Assembly (NCBI GenBank): GCA_963711565.1
Contig: CAVQEQ010000001.1
Location: 1,248,001 to 1,312,000, forward strand
Direction of reading: 5' to 3'
DNA: 64,000 nt
From: an uncultured delta proteobacterium
GTDB taxonomy: Bacteria > Desulfobacterota > Binatia > Binatales > Binataceae
Below the pieces are notes generated by a model that worked only from the letters and a program-made list of their open reading frames with translations, did no database searches and had not been told where the DNA came from. This document shows, in pieces, positions 30,586 through 40,552 of this stretch. Within the stretch, counting starts at the first letter, position 1, and each line of letters opens with the position of its first letter. Both the position numbers and the translations under genes were made by a program.

Positions 30586-30807
30586 ATGCTCCAATTCACT
30601 CGCAATACGGCTGCCTCCCTTGCTACGGAGGGGCACATATTCTGCGCAGGAACGCTCGCTCAGTGCCTACACCGCTGGAATAAACTGCCGCCTGAAAAGA
30701 AGGCATTAGCGTTCTTAAAGATGGGACGCGATGGGGTCGCGCCCACTATTTTGCGGGGCGAGCAAGTTGCCGAACTCGCCGGTAATCCAGAGCTGCTACG
30801 AGCCTAA
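30586..30807 (+). CDS. Small hypothetical protein
   Basis: 73-aa ORF, protein-like composition. Confidence 0.45.
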   Translation: MLQFTRNTAASLATEGHIFCAGTLAQCLHRWNKLPPEKKALAFLKMGRDGVAPTILRGEQVAELAGNPELLRA

Positions 30808-30890
30808 GCTGCTAATTGGATGCGCGGTCTGGCAATAATTGCTGTCAAGCACGGCGATTTCAGATCGCTTCGAATGTTAATAACCATTGG

Positions 30891-30917
30891 CGGCCGCTTT
30901 GCACCAATAGCGGACAT
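30891..30917. repeat. Palindromic repeat, copy 2
   Basis: CGGCCGCTTT-GCACCAAT-AGCGGACAT. Confidence 0.7.
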
Positions 30918-30919
30918 CC

Positions 30920-31358
30920 CTACCGACACGCGAAATCGTCGGCGCCGACGGGATGGCAGAATTCTGGCCAGCCGCGCGCGCGCCAATATTCGACCAAATG
31001 GGCTTTGCGCACGAACGCCTTGAAGCGCTCCGTTTTGCGCAAGGAAGCGCTTGGGGGCCACCAAACCTTTTCAATAGCCCAGTGGACGTAATCTGCCGCA
31101 AATCCGCGTTCAGCAAATTCGAGGGAGCGGCCCTCCGCGCCGATATATAGATAGACGAACTCCACGTCCGGCCCCAACGCAGGGAGCGTATCCGGTGCGC
31201 TGGCCTTCGCAGGAGCGGACCGCATAAGCCTCGCCCCATCGTCCAGGGGCCGACGGAAATCGATGTTCCGTCGAGGCCATGGAGTTGAGGCTATAAGCGT
31301 ATCGGCCGCTTGCGCATAGCGACCCGCCGCCGCATATGCATAGGCTAGGGCCTTTAGC
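30920..31358 (-). pseudogene. 5'-truncated C-terminal fragment of a TPR-type regulator
   Basis: LAYAYAAAGRYAQA and RFKAFVRKAHLVEYWRARGWPEFC resemble the C-terminus of 28058-30044; no N-terminal part. Confidence 0.7.
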
Positions 31359-31360
31359 CT

Positions 31361-31582
31361 CAATCGCACGCCCTCACCGGTGGAATTGCCATCTTACTTA
31401 AAAGCACCTTCGGCGCCGTTGCGGATTTCAGCTTCCTATCCGAAAAGGATTGGGCAAATCTCGATATCGAAATTGCGGCCATGATGGGAGCGGAGGACGC
31501 GCCGTGGCCATTCGTTGCGAAGCGAAAAGGAATTGCTCTTCTTATGGCATTCGCATTGCAGGGCATCGAACAAAACACCTAG
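31361..31582 (+). pseudogene. 5'-truncated paralog of the 121-aa protein at 32674-33039
   Basis: Hand translation QSHALTGGIAILLKSTFGAVADFSFLSEKDWANLDIEIAAMMGAEDAPWPFVAKRKGIALLMAFALQGIEQNT* aligns with HARSGAIAILL...DWKSFNDEIARM...KGIALLMTWAVEGI; in-frame TAG at 31355. Confidence 0.7.
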
Positions 31583-31773
31583 CCGATGTTCCGCCCACGG
31601 GCCCTCTCCCAACCAAGCGCCACAAGTGTAACGTCGTGATCTAAACGAGCCCTAAGGCTGGCCGTTTGCGCTGCACCTGAAGTTAGCGCAGGATAAGTCG
31701 TACGCATGAGCCGATCAGGGGGCCGGCTGCGTTGGTTGACATCCGCGCCCTCCGCGCTGGCCAGTGGAAAGCA

Positions 31774-32613
31774 ATGAAGACCCCTTCCAAAGTTCGTATC
31801 CCGGGGAGGATCGCAGCGGAAATCGGCAGCGATATCGTTTCCGGTCGCCTGCTACCCGGAACGATCCTGGAAACGGAATTGGAGGCAAGCAGTGGGCGCA
31901 ATGTGTCCCGCTCGGCCTATCGCGAAGCCGTTGGCAAGCTGGTCGCAAAGGGCCTGGTCGCGTCCCGGCAGAAAGTCGGTACGCGCGTCACGGAAGCCAC
32001 GCAATGGCACCTTCTGGACCCAGATGTCCTCAGCTGGATGTTCAGTAGTGAGCCACGGAGGGACCTGCTCGCTTACCTCTTTGAACTTCGCAAAATGGTT
32101 GAGCCCGAAGCAGCGGCTCTGGCTGCGGCGCGGCGCAGGACGCAGGAGCTGCACGCCATGGCGCGGGCGCTAAAAATCATGACAGAGGAAACCCTGCATA
32201 CCGACCGCGGACGGCTTGCCGATCATGACTTCCACGCAAGTCTTTTGGCGGCTTCGGGTAACCCGTTTCTCATTTCACTGTCCACAAGCGTCACCGCCGC
32301 GGTGACCTGGAGCACGAAGTTCAAGGATCGCACTCATCGCCTGAAGCGAAATGCCATACCGGACCATGTTCGCGTCTATGATGCCATTGCGGCGGGTGAT
32401 GCGAAGGCCGCACGAAAGGCCATGACACGGTTAATCGAACTGGCCCTCTCGGACTTCGATCCAGGTGCGCCGGAAAACTCCGCCGGCACGCTCCCACCGC
32501 TGATCTCTTTAAGGCGGGCGGCACCACCGCAGCGGCGGACACCTGACCCTGGGTCACAAATGCGTCTCTCATTTTGTCCGACTTTATTACAGGCAGGTCA
32601 TTTGGCAAGGTGA
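31774..32613 (+). CDS. FadR/GntR-family transcriptional regulator (DgoR-like)
   Basis: NVSRSAYREAVGKLVAKGLV...GTRV...WHLLDPDVLSW, ELRKMVEPEAA, DHDFH...ASGNPF; the C-terminal tail may be frameshifted. Confidence 0.88.
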   Translation: MKTPSKVRIPGRIAAEIGSDIVSGRLLPGTILETELEASSGRNVSRSAYREAVGKLVAKGLVASRQKVGTRVTEATQWHLLDPDVLSWMFSSEPRRDLLAYLFELRKMVEPEAAALAAARRRTQELHAMARALKIMTEETLHTDRGRLADHDFHASLLAASGNPFLISLSTSVTAAVTWSTKFKDRTHRLKRNAIPDHVRVYDAIAAGDAKAARKAMTRLIELALSDFDPGAPENSAGTLPPLISLRRAAPPQRRTPDPGSQMRLSFCPTLLQAGHLAR

Positions 32614-32630
32614 CAGGGTGCCCGCGTTGC

Positions 32631-32649
32631 CGTATTGTCCGACAATACG
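32631..32649. promoter_or_regulatory. Putative FadR/GntR operator
   Basis: Perfect palindrome CGTATTGTC-C-GACAATACG; partial second copy TTGTCCGAC at 32574-32582; fits the TNGT-N3-ACNA FadR-type motif. Confidence 0.6.
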
Positions 32650-32673
32650 TTCGGTTATTAAGCGGCGCCTTGC

Positions 32674-33039
32674 ATGACCTTGGGGACTGATAACAGCACT
32701 TTGGAGACTGATACTGGTCGCGCCGACTCGAACGCGGAAAAGTATCGATTGCTCCTGTCAGAGCTCATTGCGCTGGTGGACACAAGAAGATGCGAGGAGC
32801 TGAACGTCGAGGACGTAATGCTTCATGCCCGCAGTGGCGCAATCGCCATTTTATTGGGCGAGCTATTTCAGAATACGGGTAGCTTCAACGTCTTCACCCA
32901 AAATGATTGGAAAAGCTTCAACGATGAGATTGCGCGCATGTCGAATGCGGCCGATCCGCCTCAGAAGATCACGGTGACAAACAAGGGCATTGCCCTCCTC
33001 ATGACCTGGGCGGTCGAGGGGATACGGCGACAAGCCTAG
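32674..33039 (+). CDS. Hypothetical protein
   Basis: 121 aa; a nearby paralogous fragment supports coding status. Confidence 0.65.
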   Translation: MTLGTDNSTLETDTGRADSNAEKYRLLLSELIALVDTRRCEELNVEDVMLHARSGAIAILLGELFQNTGSFNVFTQNDWKSFNDEIARMSNAADPPQKITVTNKGIALLMTWAVEGIRRQA

Positions 33040-33315
33040 TAACAGTGACATTCCACCGACGACGAGAGCCGACGCTGGTCTTCACCCCTTAGCGCAAAGG
33101 TAGGACGCCGATCGGATCACGCTCTACTCCATAGGCCTGTCTTAATGTCGAACTTCACCTTGCCTGCAGACCGCATTTGCATCAGAAGATCTTGCTGCTG
33201 CCTGGGTCGAGCAGTTTTTGTAGCGCATAGACGGCGCGAGGTTTGTCCAGCGCCGCCAGCACGTCTTGTTCTCGTGTCACGAACAATGCCCTCTCGATTT
33301 CTTCATCATTTCGCT

Positions 33316-33349
33316 CGAATTCCGCCTTTGTGCCAATAGCGGACATTCG
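33316..33349. repeat. Palindromic repeat, copy 3
   Basis: CGAATTCCGCCTTT-GTGCCAAT-AGCGGACATTCG. Confidence 0.7.
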
Positions 33350-33396
33350 GACCTTGCCGACGCGCTGATGTAAAGGCGCTCTGACGACTGCGTCTG

Positions 33397-34778
33397 TCAA
33401 TCTTGCGATAGCTGCTCCTTGAGCAATTGTTGCATCCGGTCGCGAAAAACCTTGGGCGGGCGCTTTGCTTTTAAGGGGCCAAACTTGGCGCGGGCGGCTT
33501 TCATTCGCTCCTGCATATCCGCAAGCGCCGCCGGCTGGATGGCGGCGACGCTGTAGCTCTCGGAAATATCCTTGCTGACGTCATACAGCTGCGGATAGCC
33601 CACACCTTCCGTCGAAGCGAGCGCCCCCCGATAATGCGAACGGGTGGCATACTTCCAGCGCTGGGTGCGGACCGCCACGACCTCCTCGTCATTGAACAGC
33701 AGCAATTGATCGTGCGGCGAGGCGGCGCCGTTGGCCAGGACCGCCGAAATGTCGAGGCCATCGAGCTCGACGCCTGCCGGATTGGCAATGCCCGCCATCG
33801 CGCAAAAGGTGGGCAGAAAATCGATACCCATCGCGATGGAATTGGTGCGTATTCCCCGTTTTACGACACCGGGCTGGCGGGCAATGCAGGGCACGCGATA
33901 GCCGCCATCATAGGCCGCGCCGCCCTTGCGATCGCGCAGACCGCCGGTCGAGCCTTCATACCAGGGGCCGTTATCGGACGTGAAGATCAGCAACGTGTCG
34001 CGCTCAAGTCCCAGAGCCTTCAAACGCTCCATGAGGCGGCCGACAATGGTATCGATTTCCACCACCGTGTCGGCATAGAGCCCTTGCATGGTTTTGTCGC
34101 GGAACTTTGCATTCGGATAGTTCGGCAAATGGGGCGCACTCAGCGCCAGTTCGACAAAAAATGGCTGGTCCGCATGATCGGTGATGAATTTTCAGTCGGG
34201 CGTAGAACCGTTGCTGCAGCTCGTCTTCAATCGCGTCTTCTCGCGTCGGCTCCTGATCCGGGCCGTTGTCCGTGTACAGCGCCAACGGCTTCATGTCGTG
34301 GCTGTACTGCAGGCCAAAGAAATGATCGAAACCGTGGTGGGTCGGTGCCCAAGTGGGGCCGGTATGACCCAGGTGCCATTTGCCGAATAGCGCGCTGACA
34401 TAACCCGCCGGTTTGAGCGCCGCCGCAATTGTCACTTCGGAAAGTGGCAGGCGCCGGTCGTCATTCGGCAAGATCACGCTATAAGCCAGGCCGGTGCGGA
34501 TCGCGTAACGCCCCCAGTCAGCAAGCCAGCGCGGGAGGGCGTGCAAATATTCTGCGGCGCGTAATAATCCGTCAGAACATTTCCCTCCTGCGCCAACCGG
34601 TTGATGTTCGGCGTATGGATGGCCTTTCCGCCTTCCGGTTCGATATCCCCCCAGCCCAGGTCATCGCAGAGGACGATGATGAAATTAGGCTTACGCCGGC
34701 TCTCAGCCACCGCCTCGCCATTGACCGTTAGCGCGGCCACGGTTGCGGCCGTTGCACTCAGAAACCCCGGCGCTCCAT
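33397..34778 (-). CDS. Arylsulfatase-family sulfatase, Tat-exported (frameshifted)
   Basis: MERRGF Tat-like start, [27 protein letters not shown] (CxPxR), GKWHLG, FTSDNGP. Confidence 0.88.
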
Positions 34779-34824
34779 TCTTCGATCTCCCTTGATCTGC
34801 GGCGAAAATGTGAAATGTCCCTGC

Positions 34825-36434
34825 CTACTTGGCCGCTGCGGGCTCGGCGCAGATGAAGCTCGACGCGTCATTGATGTCGCCGGTTCCTCTGTATTTCGCG
34901 GCCTTCGGGAAAACGCATAATGGCCGGGTCATCTCGACACCTTTCGCGCGGTCGTTGTCGACGATATTTCGTCGCGATGATCCGTTTCGGCGCGTACGCC
35001 TTTTTCGACCCACTGTTCCAGCGCGGCCACCACATCATGGTCCGCGTCGCCATCGCCGCCGGTCTGACCGAATTGATTGGGGCCGGGGCCGCCCCCGCAA
35101 TGGCCCATGCCGGGCACCATGAACAGGCGATAGAAATCCTGGGTCTTGTCCCAGCCGCCCGCGCCTTTCTGGGCGGCCACCGCGTTTTTGTAATAGTCCA
35201 CTGTTGCAAATGGCGAAATGTCCGAATCCGCCCAGCCGTGATACGAGATGAGTTTGCCGCCATGCGCCTTGAACCCGGTGAAGCGTCGGTCGGTCGCATC
35301 CATGATCGTGCCCATCGCTTTTTTGGAGTCGCGCGGGCCTTTTGTCTGGATCAAAATTCATGAAAGTCCCATTTCGGGTCGTGATAAACTAGGTTTGCGA
35401 AGGTCTCGTTTGCCATTATGCCCCCGCCTGGCTTTGTCATGGGCCTCCGCGAAGTTGGGGCCCGCGAAATACTGGGCCCACCCGACGCTTTCGCTGCCAA
35501 ACGGCATGCCTGGGAAAATCTGGCTTGCCCGAGCTTGTCTTCGGCCCGTCATGCAGGGCCTGGTAGGTCTTGAGCTGCGCCGGAGTCAGCGGAAGCGACG
35601 CCGGATCGATGCGGCATTGCCTGGGATCGGCAATCAGGCCGTCTTTGACGCCGTCCGCCGCGTCGCATGCTCGATCGACCGCGTCGCCGACCTTCTGGAT
35701 GTCGGCCGGCGAAATATAGCCGGCCTCGGATGCATAGGAATGCCTTCATGTTCGCGGCATCGCCGGCGTGCTGACTCGGCCCATTGGTTCCCCGGGTCGC
35801 CGGCGGCAATGCCGTCAAAATCATCCGGATAGCGCTGCGCCTCCGTCAGCGCTTCCCGCCCGCCCGTGGAACAGCCAATGAAATAGGAATATTCAGGTTT
35901 CCTGCCATAGAACGCAGCGGTGACAGCTTTGCCGACTGCGGCCGTCAAGTGGACGGCGCGGTAAGCCGAAATCGATGAGTTTCTCCGGATGCCCCAGGGC
36001 CCATTCCGCGCTGCGTGTTCGTGGCCGTCTCATGCCCGTCGTCCGTGCCTGCCACGGCAGATCCCGCCTTAAGGGGGCGCGGCCATGGCGCCAAGAGGAT
36101 ATGGCTCCCGCGAAGCCGCCATTGCCGACGGATTCATAACGCCCGGTCCAGCCCGTCTGCGGCAGCCAGACCTCGAATTTGATGTCGGAATCGCCGGTCG
36201 GCTTGATGGTGCCGCCGACACGGCAAAAGGCGACCGGTAAGGGTTTTGTCCCGGCCCCGGATCTGGCGGCGTGAACGTGCCGGCGGCCTCCGGCTGCGCC
36301 ATGGTGATCGTCGTTCCCGGCAGCTTGAGGTCGGTTAGGCTCTCGCAGCTTGCTGCGAAAGCGGGATTTTCTGCGAACGCTGCCGAGGCCAGCAGGAACG
36401 CGGTCAGACCAAGCGGCATGCGATAGTTGGTCAT
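34825..36434 (-). CDS. Tannase/feruloyl esterase family hydrolase (frameshifted)
   Basis: IKFEVWLP, VGNGGFAG, YFIGCSTGGREAL..AQRYPDDFDGIAAG, GGKLISYHGWAD, FMVPGMGHC, TRPLCVFP. Confidence 0.88.
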
Positions 36435-36490
36435 GGCATTTTCCCATCTGAATGATTGGCAAACAAGATCAGTCTTTTCGATATCGGTTT

Positions 36491-36517
36491 CGTCCGCTTT
36501 GCGCCAATAGCGGACAT
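36491..36517. repeat. Palindromic repeat, copy 4
   Basis: CGTCCGCTTT-GCGCCAAT-AGCGGACAT. Confidence 0.75.
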
Positions 36518-36536
36518 TTTTCGGCAATTAAATGCC

Positions 36537-37022
36537 CTAAGGCGCGGCCTGGGCCATCTCGCGGATGGACTGCCAGCCGGTCGGGCTTTCCTTTGACTTC
36601 ACATAGACCACCATGGCGCGTCCGCGGGCAACGGTCGGGCTGCCGCCCGTTTTCGGCGTAGTCTTTATCGTAAAAATGCTCGTTTCGACCGCGGTATCGC
36701 CGAGAAAGACCATGCTTTCCAGCCGGTGCTCCACGAACTCCATCTTCACATTGCGGAATGTCTTAGCCAGGCCGCGCTGTAGTTCTTGCCGGCCGTTCAC
36801 GACATTTGTTCCGCCGAAATATTTCATTACATCCGGACGATGCAGGGCAACGATTGCCGCCACGTCCCCGCGTCCGAAGCCATCGCGTATCGCCTGAGTG
36901 GTGCGCTCCAACGATTGCCGGTCCGAGCGGCTCCCGCCGGAAATAGCGTCCGGCGGTTCCTGGGCCTTTGCCGGGCTATTCAGGCCGCCAGCAAACAAGC
37001 AACGCAGCGAAGATAGCGCCAT
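36537..37022 (-). CDS. NTF2-like / SnoaL-DUF4440 (YybH-like) protein
   Basis: GFGRGDVAAIVALHRPD...GDTAVE...GRAMVVY...GWQSIRE. Confidence 0.75.
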   Translation of the reverse strand: MALSSLRCLFAGGLNSPAKAQEPPDAISGGSRSDRQSLERTTQAIRDGFGRGDVAAIVALHRPDVMKYFGGTNVVNGRQELQRGLAKTFRNVKMEFVEHRLESMVFLGDTAVETSIFTIKTTPKTGGSPTVARGRAMVVYVKSKESPTGWQSIREMAQAAP

Positions 37023-37190
37023 ACCGCATCGTCCACCTTCCTGTTTGACAATGAAGCGAAGCCCCTTTCGTCGGGCCAGAACCCGGAAATCATCGCTGCC
37101 GCCAAGATGGGCATCGCAAATTGGTTTCGACCTGGCGGCGTGTCAAGGTCAGGCGTCAGAAAATTCACTTTTGGGGCAAAATGGAAATAC

Positions 37191-37214
37191 CTCCGCTTTG
37201 GGTCGGGAGCGGAC
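37191..37214. repeat. Palindromic repeat, copy 5
   Basis: CTCCGCTTT-GGGTCGGG-AGCGGAC. Confidence 0.6.
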
Positions 37215-37369
37215 CTGTCCCGTGGGTGCGGATTGCGTGCAGCATAGGGAAGGCCCACCGGAACGTCGCCATGTTGTGACCGATTGATTTTGACTGTCCT
37301 TCCTTAGACCATGGGGTTATCGGGGGCAGATGGCGCATCGATTGAAATGAACCGAAGCAGGAGAGATCA

Positions 37370-38364
37370 ATGCAAAACTTCTGGAAAATGGCCGGGCGCG
37401 CCGCCCTGGCGGTCGCGATCCTAATGGGCGCCGCAGGTTCGATGGCAGGCTTTGACGGCGCCAGAGCGCAAGGCTCGGCGCCAGTCAAGAAAATCGTCTT
37501 CTGGGCGGGACCGAAGGAGCACGGCGTTCCCGGCCGGCATGAATATGAGCGGGACTTGACCGAGCTAGCCTGGCAACTTGAACACGCCACCAATCTGCGC
37601 GGCGTAAAGACGTTGGTGAAGGTCGTCACCAAACCGCCCCGAGATATCAGCGAACTCGACGATGCTGATGCCCTGGTGATCTTCGGCAACGGCGCCTGGC
37701 TCAAGACCGAGACCGGCATCCTTTTCCCGCAAGATCAGGATACCGACGGGCGCACCTATGACGCGGAGCATACCGACTGGCTGAACAAGCTTGATGCGGT
37801 GATAAAGAGCGGAAGATGGGTTTGGCGATCTTCCATTACACCATGTGGGTGGATAACTGGGTCGGCAAGCGCTTCCTGATGGACTGGTTCGGCGGCAACT
37901 GGCTACCCTATTCCTCACACAATCCGGTGGACACCTGGACGGTATCGCCGCTGCCTGTGCGTCATCCCATCCTCAATGGCATACAGCCCTGGACGTATCG
38001 TGACGAAATGTTCTCGCGTTATTTCCTCTACCACGATCCGCGTCGCACCGAGTTGATGCAGGCCATGCCCGCCACAGCGAGCAACGGCGGGCCCGATCCG
38101 GTCTCCTGGATTTTCAATCGTCCCGATGGCGGCCGTTCTTTCGTCTGGGGCGGCTCTGACTTCCACGACAACATGCACAATGTCGCCGCCTACCGGAAAT
38201 ACCTGCTCAACGGCATCGCCTGGATCGCCGGCCTCGAAGTGCCTGCAGAAGGGGTCAACGCACCGGCGCCCCCTGCAGATGATCCGCCCATTCCAGCGAC
38301 ACCACCCGGACGCCATGGGCCTGGGCCCGGGCCGGCTGGAACGCCAGTAGCACCTGCGCCTTGA
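37370..38364 (+). CDS. ThuA-like (trehalose utilisation / class I GATase-like) exported protein (frameshift near 37815)
   Basis: Signal peptide, KKIVFWAGPKEHG..GRHEY, HPILNGI...DE, RPDGGRSF, LLNGIAWIAGLEVP. Confidence 0.75.
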
Positions 38365-38391
38365 GGCGCCGGCAATCGTTCAGATCCGCAA

Positions 38392-38410
38392 TTCCGCTTT
38401 GGTCAAAAGC
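38392..38410. repeat. Palindromic repeat, copy 6 (partial)
   Basis: TTCCGCTTT-GGTCA-AAAGC. Confidence 0.5.
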
Positions 38411-38644
38411 ACGCCAAAAGACCACTCACTCTGATTTATTTATCAATTTGAACACGCGCCAACAGCGGCGGATTGTAAGACGGTGCCCCTGGATGTCACT
38501 TAATTGGGCGGCTTTTCGTAGACCCCTTTGATACCCGGGCGCACGTGGGCGATGACCCTTGCCGGGGAGCCATTTCTTTCAAAAAAATACAGCAGCCCGC
38601 GGTTGGACCGGACGGGCCGCCGTGCGTGATCCCCTTCCCGACCT

Positions 38645-39040
38645 TCAGTTCGCACCCCGTTGGCGGCCGGAGCTTGGCGTGTAGTTGGGTGACCAGGGGC
38701 CTGCCGTCACATGGCCCTGCGTATTCCAGAGCGGGCCGAGATCTTTCTTTTCGGCGGCATCATAGGCCGCCTGGAGATCAGGCGTTGAAGCCGGATCGAG
38801 CTGGCCGCCCGGGCCCTGGAAGCATTTGAAGTCCGGACGATTGACCCAGGCATAGGGACCGCACAGATATTTGTGGGCGCGCAACGCCGCGTCATGGACG
38901 ATATTGATCTCGCGCTCGTAATCCGGATCGCCCTGCTTGTAGCCGGCGAAATTGCCCAGGTCCGAGGATGCGGCAAACACCCCGTCGACGCCCGGCAGGG
39001 CCGCTATTTTATCCGCGTCCTTCAGGCCATCGAGCCGGCG
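38645..39040 (-). pseudogene. 3' fragment of a HpcH/HpaI aldolase-like gene
   Basis: (DGLKDADKIAALPGVD)..VFAASSDLGNFAGYKQGDPDYEREINIVHDAAL; the 5' half is missing. Confidence 0.55.
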
Positions 39041-39073
39041 TCATGCAAATCGGGGCAATCGGCGTTAAGATGA

Positions 39074-40177
39074 ATGGGTGAGGATTGCTGGATGGCTTTA
39101 GAGGCTGCTTACCTTCCGCGAGTGTGGCTGGGCACGAAAGTATCGGAAAAGTTGTTGCCGGCTGCGGCGCGTCCTTTGGCTGCGCACATAAAGCTGACGG
39201 AAAATTGCCAAGCTAAGTGCGTTAGCTGCGATTACTGGAAATCGCGCTGGGAAGATCATATCGATACGGACCGAGCGATTGATTTGATCAATCAGATCGC
39301 GGCCGCGGGAATCCGGAATTTGCGGCTGACCGGCGGCGAACCCTTGCTGCGCATGGATTTGTTTCGGGTACTGAAAGCGGCGAACACTTCTTCTTTTCAC
39401 AAAATAATTTTGCAAACCAACGGGCTGCTGATCAAGAAATTACACAAAGAGATCAACGATTCGCCGATTACCCATGTAGCGGTGTCCATCGATGGATTGA
39501 AAGAGACCAACGATCAGATTCGCGGAATTCGCGGATATTTTGATCTGGGCATGGAAGGGTTGCGGCTGCTGAAGGATAAGGATCTGGCGATTTCGATTAC
39601 ATTGAATAAGGTTTCGGCGGCGGAGTTGACGCGACTACACGAAACGGCGCGCAGCGTGGGCGCGCGGATGGAAACGAATATTTTGAGCCGCAGCCTGTTC
39701 TTTTTTAAGGATGCGGATATTGATTCGATCTGGCCGGCAAAAAACGATGTGCCGCAGATTACCAATTTTATGCGGGACACTTTACAACGGCCGAGCTACG
39801 AAGTGGATTACATCACGGATTATTACAATCACGAGGCCGTGAACGAGCCGGCCTGCGTGCTGGGATTTCTGCAGGTTTTCGTACTGTCCAACGGTGATGT
39901 TTTGACGGGATGCTACCCCTTGCCGCCGGTTGGGAATGTGTTGAAGGATTCGTTGGCGAATATTCTGGCGTCGGACGCGTATATGAAGCAGAGCGCGGCG
40001 ATGTTGCGGCGGGAATGCCCGGGATGTACTTGCGGGGTGGAGAGTTCGTTGGCGATGCAGCATGCGGGATCCAGCGCGTTTTATGAGCTGGGGAAATTGA
40101 TGAATCGCGGAAAGAAGAAAACCCCGCCTCCGGTGCGTGTGCCGGCGGAGAATGATTCGCAGTTGCGGGTGCTTTGA
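39074..40177 (+). CDS. Radical SAM protein with SPASM/twitch domain
   Basis: CQAKCVSC (CX3CX2C), LTGGEPLL, LQTNG, VSIDG, C-terminal C...GDV..C...GN...CPGCTC. Confidence 0.9.
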   Translation: MGEDCWMALEAAYLPRVWLGTKVSEKLLPAAARPLAAHIKLTENCQAKCVSCDYWKSRWEDHIDTDRAIDLINQIAAAGIRNLRLTGGEPLLRMDLFRVLKAANTSSFHKIILQTNGLLIKKLHKEINDSPITHVAVSIDGLKETNDQIRGIRGYFDLGMEGLRLLKDKDLAISITLNKVSAAELTRLHETARSVGARMETNILSRSLFFFKDADIDSIWPAKNDVPQITNFMRDTLQRPSYEVDYITDYYNHEAVNEPACVLGFLQVFVLSNGDVLTGCYPLPPVGNVLKDSLANILASDAYMKQSAAMLRRECPGCTCGVESSLAMQHAGSSAFYELGKLMNRGKKKTPPPVRVPAENDSQLRVL

Positions 40178-40183
40178 GGCCGC

Positions 40184-40445
40184 AGGGGCTAAAGCCCCTC
40201 GTGTGATGCGTCGTTAACGGCCCGACTAAAGTCGGGCCCTCCTGAAAACCCTTCGAACGATCGGCCGACTCAAGACTGCCCGACTAAGGTCGGGCCCTCC
40301 CGAAAACTCTTCGAACGAACGACTGACTCAAGTTAGGCTCCCCAAATCCTTCGAATGATCGGCCGACGTGAGTTGCCCCTCCGAAAATCTTTCAAACACG
40401 GATCGACGCAAGAGCGGCCCGACTGAAGTCGGGCCCTCCCGAAAA
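40184..40445. repeat. REP-like cluster (GGCCCGACTRAAGTCGGGCC x3, AGGGGCTAAAGCCCCT) in a degenerate tandem array
   Basis: Hairpins at 40184, 40219, 40278 and 40416; recurring CCCTCC-GAAAA-TTCGAA linker. Confidence 0.75.
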
Positions 40446-40452
40446 AAAAGAC

Positions 40453-40490
40453 AAAAAAAGCGAGCCGCGGTTGGCGGCTCGCTTTTTTTT
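40453..40490. terminator. Bidirectional rho-independent terminator
   Basis: A7-GCGAGCCGC-GGTTG-GCGGCTCGC-T8 between convergent genes. Confidence 0.85.
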
Positions 40491-40552
40491 GTGAAAAACA
40501 GTTTTACAAAAACGGCGAACTACTTGAAATACCGTTTTACAGGTGCGGCGAA

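Noticed and set aside
33182-33400. Short ORFs containing MSAIG.K (also 30804-31064) or crossing the repeat (36069-36527 N-terminus)
   Set aside because: These come from translating the palindromic repeat and are not evidence of a protein family.
20835-38364. Dense frameshifts in OMF, DUF2339, wHTH-TPR, sulfatase, tannase and ThuA as mass gene decay or phase variation
   Set aside because: Same indel pattern, with intact reading frames on either side. It cannot be told apart from sequencing error without reads.
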